From assembly GCA_963693365.1 (NCBI GenBank), contig CAVNZM010000006.1, positions 1,798,001 to 1,862,000 of the forward strand: a DNA stretch of 64,000 bases, written 5' to 3'. This document shows positions 1 to 37,600 of the stretch, piece by piece; position 1 is the stretch's first letter, and the number at the start of each line of letters is the position of its first letter. Source of the stretch: Amoebidium appalachense. Lineage: Eukaryota > Protista > Ichthyosporea. The position numbers and the translations under genes were made by a program. The notes beneath the pieces are model-generated. The model was not told the DNA's origin and made no database searches. It saw nothing but the letters and a program-made list of their open reading frames with translations.

Positions 1-63
1 CTTGCTTCATCGTCTTTTTTCCCCTTTCCCACCGGTGGTTGTTAACATACACTTCCACCACAG

Positions 64-623
64 TCCCCACGTTCGTAGGCTTCTTGAACGAGCTTCCCAA
101 CCCGCAAAAGGTCAAAGAGTTCATCCAAGAATACCTTGGCATGTCCAAAGCCGCCGCCGAATTCTGCCGTGGGTTCATCGAGCGCAAACAGCGTGTGCAC
201 AATCTTCAACAACAGCTCCAAAACCTTCCCCCACCCGCACCAGCACCCCAACCCGTCCCCGTCCACACAACCCCCGCCCCCCGTGCCCAACACGTACCCG
301 CCCCCCCTGCCCCTGCCCCTGTTATCCGTCCTATGGTTGTGCCTGGGCGTGGTGCCTCGTTCCCCATCAACCCTGCCCCCCCTAGTGGAGCTTCGTGGCC
401 CTCGTTGGCAGACACAGCCAAACCTACATCTGCACCTACCCCCGCTCCTGTTCTGTCAAAGAAAGAGCTGGCGGCTCAGCAGCAGGCGGCGGCGGCGGCG
501 AAGAAACAGAACAAGCAGAAGAAGAAGGGGCAGAAGGTGGATCCGTCGTTCCTTGGGTTTAGTGTGTATGCCGAGCAGAGGGTGAATGCGGGCGAGATTG
601 TGACGGATCCTGACGCTGTGTAG
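64..623 (+). CDS. GIGYF: Terminal exon of a GIGYF-family (GRB10-interacting GYF / PERQ) protein; the rest of the gene lies upstream of the window
   Basis: VPTFVGFLNELPNPQKVKEFIQEYLGMSKAAAEFCRGFIERK and the C-terminus KKKKGQKVDPSFLGFSVYAEQRVNAGEI match the conserved C-terminal blocks of GIGYF1/2 as I recall them. A branch-like GTTAAC at 41, acceptor CACAG ending at 63 (phase 1) and TAG at 621-623 delimit the exon. Confidence 0.85.
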
Positions 624-1441
624 ATGGCTTGGAAAATGGTTGTAGGTTTGTATTGTGTGTGTGATTCGGTGCACACAAACACACACACACACATAGACAG
701 AGAGACACACACAGACACACACACACACACACACACACACCTCGACAGCAGCCTGTTTGCAGCGTGTCTTTGGTGGTGTGATAATAGCTTAGTCTTCAGC
801 AGATTCAACCACCGAACATGCACAAACAACCAACTGCACCAAGTATATGTGGTTAATTCATATAACCAGGTCGTATCAAAAAACAAAATGCCTTTTGTAC
901 GTAGTCAGTAGAGCCAGGTGCCCAGCTGTTGCTATATATGACAATGATGTACAGCTGTGTTCTGTGAACCAGCAACAATGTCATGATGAAAACTGATTCA
1001 AGGGGGCAACTTTTTGAGTTAATATTTAGCATGTGGCGCTTATACACGGTCACACAGGCGCACACGTTACTCGTGATATAGTAAACGTACACCAGCCGGC
1101 GTGCACACACACACACTGACATACAAACACTCACTGGCATCACCTGCATAAATATCCACACACACATTTGTGACACACTGAAGTAAACGTACATGCATCC
1201 TCCATCACCTCCATAGATATCAACAAGCCCTACTATTAACATGCAACAGCACACATCCACACACGCTCAACCGAGAGCGCGAGGTGGGACAGACACAAAC
1301 GCACATATACGTCTCATGCCCCGTGGTGTAATGCATACAACCGCTGATCATGACAATGCATTCACAAGCACACAAACACCCACCACACAGCCACGCATGG
1401 TTTTGCATGGCACAACTGCACGAATGAACGTGTGTGAACAA

Positions 1442-1476
<35 letters not shown>

Positions 1477-1713
1477 GTGGCGATGGTACCCAATGTGTTG
1501 TGCACACACATGTCTTACCGTCCACTCTGGCCTGCATTATAATATATTGCATGAAAAGCAAGTATGAGTGAGGCAACTGGCAGTGCACGCTCGCGCGCAC
1601 ATGTACATGCAGTGCTCCCCCCCCCCCCTTTCCCCCCCCCCCCCCCCCCCCCCTCCCCTCCTCCTCCTCCTCCTCCCCCCGAGCACTACATGCTAATCTC
1701 TCTCCTCCCAAGG

Positions 1714-1757
<44 letters not shown>

Positions 1758-1779
1758 TCCTCCCTCCCTTCCTCCCTCC

Positions 1780-1816
<37 letters not shown>

Positions 1817-2088
1817 TCTCTCCTCTCCCCCTCCCCCCCCCCCCCCCCCCTCCCCCCCTTCCCCCGTACCCTGTCCTCCCCCTCTCTGATTGGATCTCTC
1901 TCTCCCCTCCCCTGATACCTCGGCTCTTGATTGCCTCGCCACCGTGGACTTAGATTTTTCATCATAAAAGTCAGATACGATGGTGGGCAACCCCAAACCC
2001 TTTACATTTCGATTGGACGGCTGGGCAGGGCAAAGGAGGGGGAGGGGAACGGGGGAAAGGGAAGGGGGGATTGGAGGGGGGGGGGGGG

Positions 2089-2124
<36 letters not shown>

Positions 2125-2323
2125 GAGTGAGGGCTAGGTAACCGGGTAGTGGTTTTTGCGGATAGGTTGTGGGGATGGTGATGGTGTAAGCCAGATGCAT
2201 GGTTCAAAGCCCACGTGTGGTGAGTTCGGCTCGTTTGTGCAGTGCCAACCCAGCAGATTTCCTGTACTGACACACACACACACACACAGAACGGATGTGT
2301 GCGTGTGTGTGTGTGTGTGTGGT

Positions 2324-2362
<39 letters not shown>

Positions 2363-2534
2363 TCACTAAGGTGTAACGGTTGGGGTATGTTTTCTAGAGT
2401 GTGTTCCCCCCCCCCCCCCTCTTTCTTTCAATTTTTCTCTTTTTTTCCGTTTTTTTTTTTTTTTTTTTCTTGGGGGGGGGGGAGGGGGGGGGGGGAGGGT
2501 ATGTTTTCTAGGGTGTGTTTTTCTTTTGTTTCTT

Positions 2535-2580
<46 letters not shown>

Positions 2581-2583
<3 letters not shown>

Positions 2584-2645
2584 AACGTTGGGCACCAGGG
2601 GAGGATTGTTTTTTCTAGTTTTTTGTTCCGTTATTTTTTTTTTTT

Positions 2646-2694
<49 letters not shown>

Positions 2695-2789
2695 AGGAGA
2701 CAACGTTGGACACCAGGGGGAGATTCTCCCCTTGGGCATCAAGAGGAGATTCTTACTTTCTTCTTTCTTTTGTTCTTTCTTTCTTTCCT

Positions 2790-2821
<32 letters not shown>

Positions 2822-2886
2822 TCATCAGGTTCTTCCTTTGTTTCTTTTTTCTTTCTTTCTTTCCTGCTTTCTTTCTTTCTTTCTTA

Positions 2887-2922
<36 letters not shown>

Positions 2923-2963
2923 AGGTTCTTCCTTTCTTTCTTTTTTCCTTTCTTTCTTTCTAG

Positions 2964-2999
<36 letters not shown>

Positions 3000-3303
3000 T
3001 CAGGTTCTTCCTTCCTTTCTTTCTTCCTTCCTTCCTTTCTTTCTTTCTTTCTTTCCTTTCCTTTTTCTTTCTTTCCTTCTTTCTTTCGTTCGTTCGGTCT
3101 TTCTTTCCTTACTTCTTCCTTTCTTTTTGTCTGTCTTTAAATATTTCCGTCAGTCTTTCTTTCTTCCACTTCTTTTTTTTTTTCTTTTTTTTTTTCAGGT
3201 TTTATTTGATTATTATTTTATTAATTATTTTTTTTTTCCCCTAGGGGGGGGAGGGGGAGGGGGAGGGGAGCGTGGGGCACTAAGGAAAGTCGACTAAGGA
3301 TTT

Positions 3304-3383
<80 letters not shown>

Positions 3384-3437
3384 TATGGTATGTATGGTGT
3401 GTGGGGGGGGGCGGAGAGGAGGAGGAGGGGGGGAGGC

Positions 3438-3468
<31 letters not shown>

Positions 3469-3820
3469 GGTGGGGGGGGTGCGCAGGGGGGGGGGGGGGG
3501 GGGGGGGGGGAGGACGTGGGGCACCAAGGGATTTTTTGGTTTTTTTTCCTTTCGTGCCCCCCTTCCCCCCCACAACAACAACAACAAAAAGGGAGGGAGG
3601 GGGGGGGATAATTTGGGGTACAAAGGGGAGTGTTTTTTCTTTTCGACTTAGTTTGGTGTTTTCATGTTTTTTTCCTAAGGGAAGGGGGGGAAGAATGTTT
3701 GGGGGGGGGGGGGAGGGGGGGGGGGGGGGGGGGGGGTAAGCTAACGTGAGCTACCAAGAGATGTTTTGCCTTCTTCTTTCTCTGTTTCTCTCTCTCTCTT
3801 CCCCCCTTTTTTTGTTGGGG

Positions 3821-3857
<37 letters not shown>

Positions 3858-4046
3858 GGAACCCAACTTTGAGGGGGGAGGGGGGGGGGGTGGGGGGGGG
3901 GGGGGGAGGCCGGAGGGGGTGGGGAATGCGGAGGTAAGGGGGTAACCCTGGGCACCGAATTTTTTTCACCGAATTTTTCTCTCTTTTGAAGTTTTTCTTT
4001 TTCTTAATTTCTTTCCTTGTTTTTTTTTTTTCCGTTTTGAAGAGGG

Positions 4047-4102
<56 letters not shown>

Positions 4103-4610
4103 GGGGGGGGGGGGGGGTGAGTGGGGGGGGGGGGGAGGGGGGGGGGTGAGTGGGGGGGAGGGGGGAGAGAGATTGTGGGCACCGTAGAGTTTTTTTTTTT
4201 AGTTTTTTTTTTTGGGGGGGGGGGGGAGGGGGGGGGAGTCCCGGGAGGGAGGGAGAAAGTGTGTGTGTGTGTGTGTGTGTTGGGGGGGGGGGGGGGGGAG
4301 ACCTGGGGGCACCAAGGGGCGTGGAAAGCTTCTTTGGCTTCTTTTCGTGTTGATTTTCTCTCTCTCTCTTGTTTTTGAAAGGGGGGTGGGTGGGGGGTTG
4401 GGGGTTGGCTATGTTAGGCACCAAGAGATGCCCCCCCCCCCTTTCTTCCGTCCTTCCTTCCTTTCTTCCTTCCTTCCTTTCTTTCTTTCTTTCTTTCATT
4501 CTTTTTCGGGGGGAGGGGGGGGGGGGGGGGGGTGGGTGGGTGGGGGGGGAAGGGGGGGGGGGGGGGGGGGAAGGGGGGGGGGGGGGGGCAAACTTTGGGC
4601 ACGAAAGGTT
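2581..4610. repeat. Degenerate array of about 12 copies of an ~18-nt core (aaCGTkGGGCACCAAGrG) separated by poly-G and T-rich tracts
   Basis: Cores near 2583, 2701, 2731, 3271, 3513, 3611, 3743, 3944, 4172, 4301, 4411 and 4591. Confidence 0.75.
2755..3200. repeat. (TTTC)n low-complexity tract
   Basis: Degenerate CTTT tetranucleotide repeats with a recurring TCAGGTTCTTCCTT insert. Confidence 0.85.
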
Positions 4611-4882
4611 TTTCTTTTCTTTTTTTGGGGGGGGGAGGGAGGGGGAGGGGGGGCTGGAGGGGGGAAGGGTTGAGCAGCACTATTTCGAGGTGCCGATGGA
4701 ACCCCACCCATGAAGCATATTATATCAGTACCTGATTGGTATGGCTCTAACCCCCCTTTTCCTACATCGTTTTATAAAGCAATCGCACGTGGGTTAAAAA
4801 AATTTAACACTACTGATGTGATCCCCTCAGGGAGTATTTTCCCGTCGTGTAATTGTCCTTCCCATTTTTCGCCAACCTTTTA

Positions 4883-4926
<44 letters not shown>

Positions 4927-5127
4927 TCATCCCCCCACCCCCTCGAGCTCCCTGGCTAAGATGAGATTTCCTGTGTTTTGCTATGTTCGAATTCAAACTC
5001 TGTTGGTGATTACCAATTTCTTTAACTCTAAAAGGTATTGGGCCTTACTTTCGCATGCATGGTTAGCATTTTTGATCGCCGGTGCCGGTAGGTGAGTGTG
5101 TCAAATAACGTTTTGTGTGTGTGTGGC

Positions 5128-5180
<53 letters not shown>

Positions 5181-5197
5181 TGTGTGTATGTGCGTGT

Positions 5198-5275
<78 letters not shown>

Positions 5276-5307
5276 GTTTTTGTTAGTGTGTGTTAGTGTG
5301 TATGTGT

Positions 5308-5376
<69 letters not shown>

Positions 5377-6010
5377 ACAGTGAGTATGTGTGTGTATGTG
5401 CCCGAGGTGAATGCACGGGCAGTAGTGCAAAAGTTGGAGGGGGGGGGGGGGGGGGGGGGGGGCCGGTAAAGGGGCCAGGAGGAAGGGAAGGGGGGGAGGA
5501 GAGGGGTTGGATACGATCATACATGGGGATTTCATGATGCAAAGGTGCATGTAGGTGGTGTACCGAGTGTGCAGTTGTGCACATGTGCTGGTGAGCCACG
5601 GTTTGCGTTCATGTAGGGTCTCTGTTTGTGACAAGGATCCGGGCATTTGTGTTTGTGTGTGCACAACGCAGGTGCGTTTGTGCTTGTGTGTGCGTGTTAT
5701 TTTTTTTGTGCTTGTTTCAAGCGTGAAGGCGTGTGTGTGCACTATGACTGTGTGTGTGCAGCGTGTGTGCAGCGTGAGCGTGTGTGGAGAGCAATAAATG
5801 ATTAACTAGTTATATTGGGGCCTGCACGGCGTACTACCTGTGTACCCTTGCACAGGCAGGAATTTGTGGTGTTCCTGTGCAAGGCTAACACTCTACTGAC
5901 CAATGCACCCATTTGGCCCGCAACGATGTGCAAGAGGAAACGTGCTGATGTATACAGATGCACACAGACACGCACCCCCTTCCCCCCCCCTTCCTCCCTC
6001 CCCTCCCCCC

Positions 6011-6047
<37 letters not shown>

Positions 6048-6440
6048 CACACACAGGCACACCCGCGCACACACACCACATACACACACACACACACACA
6101 CGAACACACACACACACACGCACATGCACGCACATGCGTCCGTACCGGCACACGCGTGCGCGCACGCACACTCACACACACACACACACACACACATGCA
6201 TGCACACACGTGCGCACACGCACTGTCACACGCGCGCACGCACACACACACACACACATAGACACAAGCACGCACACCTTCTCTTACCAAGACACACACA
6301 CATGCGCTCGACCACACACACAAACACGCACACGCACAAACAGGCACAATGACACACACCTTTTCTTACCAACAAACACACCGTGGCACACACACACATA
6401 CGGACACGCACATACACACACACACACGCACACATATGCG

Positions 6441-6513
<73 letters not shown>

Positions 6514-6798
6514 TATATAATAAAACCTCAGGCAGGGGAAGGGAAAGGACTAAGTTAAAGTTGGACACAAACACAAAGGACATCTTAGTTAGACGCACAC
6601 ACATACCGAGTAAGCAGCATTACGCAAATTGATTTTTTTTTTTTTTGCTTTTATTTTTCGCTATTTTAACTCTGCAGACAAACAGATGACCAGCATCTTT
6701 TCCCGAGCTCTGCCCTACTTATTCTAACTTTTTTTATACATTCTCCGAGCACTATTTACTAGTATTAGCAAAGCTTTCAAGCTATATTTTAGCACCAT

Positions 6799-8973
6799 TT
6801 ACACGCTATATTTAACCCTCTTAGCTCTCTCACCCCGTGGGTGGTCCACCTCAAACACAAACCTGCCGTCCTCCACCCCGACGACAATCTCCGAGTGGTC
6901 CGGCACCAGCCCCTTCAGCAGCAGCTTGGACACCTCCGTGACCACGTGCTTCTCCAGGTAGCGCCTGAGGGGCCGTGCCCCGTATGTTGGGTCATAGGCT
7001 GCGTCGATGATGTATTGCAGCGCGGATGGGTTAAGGCTGATGTCTACGTCGTTGTCTTTAAGGCGGCCGGCCACATTTGCCATCTGCAGCCTGATGACAC
7101 CCTGCAGGTCCTTCTTAGTCAGGGCGTCGAACACAACAATGTCGTCAATGCGGTTGAGCAGTTCGGGCCGGAAACTGCGCCGTGCCGCCTCGACCACTGC
7201 CTCCTTGTCGTGGCCGGCCAGCAGATACTCGGCCCCGACGTTTGACGTCATAATGACGACAGTGTTGGTGAAGTCCACCGTGCGGCCCTGGCCGTCCGTC
7301 AACCGTCCGTCGTCCAGCAGCTGCAGCAGGACGTTGAGCACCTGCGGGTGCGCCTTTTCGACCTCGTCAAACAGCAGCACGTTGTACGGCCGCCGACGCA
7401 CCGCCTCCGTCAGCTGCCCACCCTCCTCGTGTCCAACGTAGCCCGGTGGCGAGCCAATCAGCCGCGAGACTGCGTGCTGCTCCATGTACTCGCTCATGTC
7501 GATGCGCACCATGTGCTTGTCGTCGTCAAAGAGGGCACCGGCAAGGGTGCGCGCCATCTCCGTCTTGCCAACACCCGTAGGGCCCAAAAACAAGAAGCTG
7601 CCGACGGGCTGGCCGGGCCGGCTGAGACCTGCACGTGAGCGAAGAATGGCCTGGGCCACGGCATTGACGGCTGCATTCTGGCCCACCACCCGTCTGTGTA
7701 ACTCGTCGGCAAGATGCAGCAGCTTTTCACGCTCCGTCTGCGAGAGGCGGCTGACAGGAATGCCCGTCCAGTTGCTGATGACTTCGTAGATCTGCTCCGG
7801 GCCCACGTTCTCCGTCAACATCTGGTCCTCGTGTGTGTCCATTATGTTGTTTTTGCGTTCGTTCTCCTCACGTTCCAGCTGTTGTAGACGGGTCTCGAGC
7901 TCTGGAATGGCGTAGTAGCGAAGGTCGGCTACGGTGGACAAGTCACGCATGCGCTCTGCCGATGCCAACTTGACTCTTAGTTGTTCGAGTTTGCTCTGCA
8001 GCTCACGAATCTCGTCCACACGGCCTCTCTCCTGCTCGTATCTGACCTTGAGTGGTTTGAGCTCCTCGTCTATTCTTTGGATGTGCCCCTTGACCTCCCT
8101 GAGCCGCTGCTTGCTGGCCGAGTCCTTCTCCTGTGCCAGTGCTGTCTGTTCGATCTCCAGCTGCAGCCGCTGACGCTCCAACTTGTCGATGATTTCCGGC
8201 TGGCTGTCGAGCTGCACACGCACCTTTGCACATGCCTCGTCTACCAGGTCGATGCTCTTGTCGGGTTGAAACCGGCCGGAGATGAAACGAGACGACAGCT
8301 GGGCCGCCGCCACGAGGGCTGCGTCTGCGATGCGCACACCGTGATGGTGCTCGTACTTCTCCTTCAGCCCCCGCAGAATGCTGATGGTGTCGATCACCGA
8401 GGGCTCACCGACGTAGACTTGCTGGAAACGGCGTTCAAATGCTGGGTCTTTCTCGACGTACTTTTTGTACTCTGTGAGGGTGGTGGCGCCGATGCAACGC
8501 AGCTTGCCGCGTGCAAGCAGTGGCTTGAGCAGGTTGGCTGCGTCCATGGCGCCGTCGGTCTTGCCGGCACCCAGCAGCATGTGCATCTCGTCGATGAACA
8601 AAATGATGCCCCCGTCGGCCTCCTCCACCTGCTTCAGGACGCCCTTGAGCCGCTCCTCAAACTCCCCGCGGTACTTTGCTCCTGCAATCAGCGCCCCAAG
8701 GTCGAGGCTGTAGACTTTGCAGCGGAGAGTCTGCGGCACGTCCCCAGCAACAATGCGCTGGGCCAGGCCCTCGACGATGGACGTCTTGCCCACACCGGGC
8801 TCGCCTATGAGCACGGGGTTGTTCTTTGTGCGGCGGGCAAGCACGCGGATGACGTGGCGAATCTCCTCATCTCTGCCGATGACTGGGTCCAGCTTGCCCT
8901 CCTCGGCACGCGCACACAGGTCTTGTGCGTACAGCTCGAGGGGTGGCTGCTGTTGTTGTTGGTCGTGGTTCAT
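6799..8973 (-). CDS. clpB: Intronless ClpB/Hsp101/Hsp104-family AAA+ disaggregase, 724 aa, lacking the N-terminal Clp-repeat domain
   Basis: NBD1 has Walker A GEPGVGKT, pore loop KYRG and Walker [10 protein letters not shown] coiled-coil middle domain follows ([10 protein letters not shown]...[11 protein letters not shown]). NBD2 has [22 protein letters not shown] and YGARPLRR. An in-frame TAA lies two codons upstream of the ATG. Confidence 0.96.
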   Translation of the reverse strand: MNHDQQQQQPPLELYAQDLCARAEEGKLDPVIGRDEEIRHVIRVLARRTKNNPVLIGEPGVGKTSIVEGLAQRIVAGDVPQTLRCKVYSLDLGALIAGAKYRGEFEERLKGVLKQVEEADGGIILFIDEMHMLLGAGKTDGAMDAANLLKPLLARGKLRCIGATTLTEYKKYVEKDPAFERRFQQVYVGEPSVIDTISILRGLKEKYEHHHGVRIADAALVAAAQLSSRFISGRFQPDKSIDLVDEACAKVRVQLDSQPEIIDKLERQRLQLEIEQTALAQEKDSASKQRLREVKGHIQRIDEELKPLKVRYEQERGRVDEIRELQSKLEQLRVKLASAERMRDLSTVADLRYYAIPELETRLQQLEREENERKNNIMDTHEDQMLTENVGPEQIYEVISNWTGIPVSRLSQTEREKLLHLADELHRRVVGQNAAVNAVAQAILRSRAGLSRPGQPVGSFLFLGPTGVGKTEMARTLAGALFDDDKHMVRIDMSEYMEQHAVSRLIGSPPGYVGHEEGGQLTEAVRRRPYNVLLFDEVEKAHPQVLNVLLQLLDDGRLTDGQGRTVDFTNTVVIMTSNVGAEYLLAGHDKEAVVEAARRSFRPELLNRIDDIVVFDALTKKDLQGVIRLQMANVAGRLKDNDVDISLNPSALQYIIDAAYDPTYGARPLRRYLEKHVVTEVSKLLLKGLVPDHSEIVVGVEDGRFVFEVDHPRGERAKRVKYSV

Positions 8974-9069
8974 GTTTTATTCAAGTGCTATAATGCTAAT
9001 ATTTGGTTTATTAGCTAAAGATACAGTTTTTGACTGCGCTGTTCTGTCACGACTCACAAGGTCGCTGTT

Positions 9070-9250
9070 TGTTCGAAAGTTCGAAAAACAAATCTGATGA
9101 GGATTTGAAAGGCATCGAGATTATATACCTGCGGCGCAAACCGGCTGGCCAATCAGAAAGGGCTTCAAAAGTGACGTCATAGCTCCAGGGAGCCAATCGG
9201 GAAAGGCCGCGATTTTGAAGGAAAACGATGGAATGTTCTTTGACATTCCT
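9070..9250 (-). promoter_or_regulatory. Putative promoter of the clpB/Hsp101 gene: TATA-like box, two CCAAT boxes, a CRE and heat-shock-element-like motifs
   Basis: GTATATAA on the minus strand at 9121-9128, CCAAT at 9149 and 9193, palindromic TGACGTCA at 9172-9179, gap-type HSE GAAnnTTCnn---nnTTC at 9231-9248, and GAAnnTTC within GTTCGAAAGTTCGAA near 9071-9085. Confidence 0.5.
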
Positions 9251-9759
9251 GATCCATCGGATTCCATCCTGAATTTGCACAGCCTCATACTATCAAAAGC
9301 AAGAATAAACAAACTAATAAAATAGAAATAATGTTTAGTAAATACGTAGGGTTATAAATTCATTGTTGGGTCTCTTGCCATTTTTGATTCTTTACCTTAC
9401 TGCATCTCGCCGCGGATCGTAGCGGGTCGAACTTGTTTCCAGGCCAGACTCTAAATCCCATTACCGATTGGCCAAGGGTCATGATTTGGGTATTCGTCCA
9501 GAATATTCACCTATAAAAGCCGTGGGCACAGTGGGCACCAACCAGGGCACCAACCACAGTATGTACAAGCATATGTACAAGTGTGCTGGTGGCACATTGT
9601 GTGTCTGTCTGCGTTTCTGTGTGTTTAAGTATTAGTATAGTGCTGCTGGTAATGCTTGCATGCACGTGTGGTAGCCAAGAGGTTTGATACAAAGGGATTT
9701 AGCTAGGTAGTAGACCAAGACAAGGGAGAGTGGGGAAGGTTGTAGGAAAAAGGAGCTTA

Positions 9760-11260
<1,501 letters not shown>

Positions 11261-12149
11261 GTGAGTGATCAAAAAGTACCTCACTGGTAGCCACACGAGA
11301 GACACCAGCAACTTGTCCCATGATCACAAAATTCACACGCACTTTTCGCCGATGTGATGAGTGTTTGTGCTACAGACAAAAATAAGTATCTTGAGCTCGA
11401 TTGATTATTCCAAATGCCATTTTTTTGTCTACTTCAGCAGGTGCTGAATATGTACGTCAAATTGAAGTCAAAGGGATGAGGGCGGGGAGGGGGGGGAGGA
11501 AGGGGGGAAGGGGGAGAGGGGGAGATAAAATACGGAGGGACCCAGGAGAAGGTAAGGGGGATCTATTTACTATGAAACTAGTGCCCATTCAAAGATGGCA
11601 ATTCTAGAGATCTAGAAACACAGGCCCTCCAATCACAACAGCATAATATAAGCGCTTTCAACATAATAATATAATAATAAATTTGCTCTAGCTTAAAAAT
11701 TAAACTTTTTGCATAGTTATTAAGCTGATCGCATAATATTTATGCTAGAAGCGAGTTCATTATGCTGGTGTGGTTGGGCCCTGAACACGTCATTCAGTAC
11801 AGCAGCCTCAACAACAACAACAACAACAACAAACCATGATGGCTGAAGGGGATGGGGGAGGGAGGGCAGGAGACAAAATGGGCGAGCTGGGTAGTTGGGT
11901 CGGTGGTTGGATCAAACCGTTTATAATGCATACTATCTCGAGCATGCCTGTAACACTACATATATGTATGTATAAGCGACTCACCCGTGAGAGAGAAAAT
12001 TCCAGTTCGTAACTGCAGTAACTATGTGGTGTGTTCTGCTGCACATCTTCTTTTGGTAAATGCTCATTCATTTCACGTGCACATGCATCGGTCCGGTCTG
12101 TTCCTGTCGAATCCGCTGCGTGGAGGCTGTCAGTGCTTCTTTACCATCC

Positions 12150-12198
<49 letters not shown>

Positions 12199-12331
12199 TC
12201 CAAACACACACATACTTCCTGAATTTTCCTGAATTTTACAATATCCCCCTTTCCGAAAATCATTTCCGGGCTTATGTCCAACACATATGGATACTTTTTT
12301 ATTTATTTATTTTTCTCTACCGTTCTTTTCC

Positions 12332-12366
<35 letters not shown>

Positions 12367-13079
12367 GCACCTTTAATAGGGGCACCTCATGGGATATATA
12401 GGTATCATTGCCGACCATTTGATAATATTGGCTCCCGGCGCCTACAGCTACATATGTAACATGCTGGTTGCTTTCTGTGTGAGTGCTTGGCCGTCCCTGA
12501 AGTAAGCGTTTAGTTTTTTCGTGGGCGTGCACAGGAGGAAACTGAAGTTGATGGTTATGGTGTACGGCATTTGAGGCAAAGAAATAGATTGGCAATAAAA
12601 CCCCTGAGACAGGCAAAACGAAGGAGGGGAGGTGGGAAGGGGGTGGGGGTGGGAACCGTGGGGGTTCAGTTCCAAGTTCTCTGGGGGTTCAATTTCAAGT
12701 TCTCCGGGACCTCCTCCTTCCCCGGCCCCCTCTTATTTCCGGTTTGCCTGTCCGCGGCCCCCTCACATGCACCCATCTAAACACCCACGCACCGTGTGTG
12801 CACGTAGGTGGATATCGATGGGTGCAAGTTTGAACAGCACACTCATATTACGAGCATAAGGCGCACTTAGTCAACATAGATTTCCGATTAATTTGTGCTT
12901 GTTTTGTGTGTGACCTGCACATGGTCTTTTAGATCGAAGGTACATACATACATGAAGGCTGGGTGACCTGGGGTGACCCCCGGCCGCGGGGCCTGGGAGG
13001 CGGGCCAGGCCCCGGCCCCTCAGGGAGATTAGATCAGAAGGAGGGCCCGCCGGGGGGCCGTTGTTGGGATTCACGATTT

Positions 13080-13125
13080 CTGATTGGCCGTCAGTCAAAA
13101 AAGGCGCCAAATTTTTTTGAAGGAT
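13080..13125 (+). promoter_or_regulatory. Putative USP48 promoter module: inverted CCAAT, E2F-like site and CHR-like element
   Basis: ATTGG at 13083-13087, GGCGCCAAA (TTTGGCGCC on the minus strand) at 13103-13111 and TTTGAA at 13116-13121, about 160-195 bp upstream of the ATG, with a GC-rich stretch at 12960-13060. Confidence 0.35.
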
Positions 13126-13278
13126 GGACATCTTCGTCTCTTCGTCGTGCTTACAAGGGCGAACCAAGTGTGTGGTTATCTGGATTTTTCTGGGTGAAAA
13201 TGTGCCATAGCTAAGTGCTCGCTTGACCTTAGTGTTTATGGACCTACGCTAGACGTGGGCAATTGAACTCGCAAAAAA

Positions 13279-37600
<24,322 letters not shown>

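Noticed and set aside
2581-4610. CRISPR array interpretation of the motif array
   Set aside because: The repeats are degenerate, the spacers are homopolymers of irregular length, there are no cas genes, and the context is eukaryotic.
6799-8973. Bacterial contamination or mitochondrial Hsp78
   Set aside because: The gene is contiguous with host-type microsatellite DNA, has eukaryotic promoter motifs and an Hsp101-like signature, and shows no presequence.
6841-9097. Plus-strand ORFs antisense to clpB (for example 7981-9018, 345 aa)
   Set aside because: Shadow ORFs caused by the GC-rich codon bias of the real minus-strand gene; no recognisable motifs.
9090-9122. CTGATGA...GAAA as a hammerhead ribozyme upstream of clpB
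   Set aside because: Stems II and III cannot form, so the match is probably chance.
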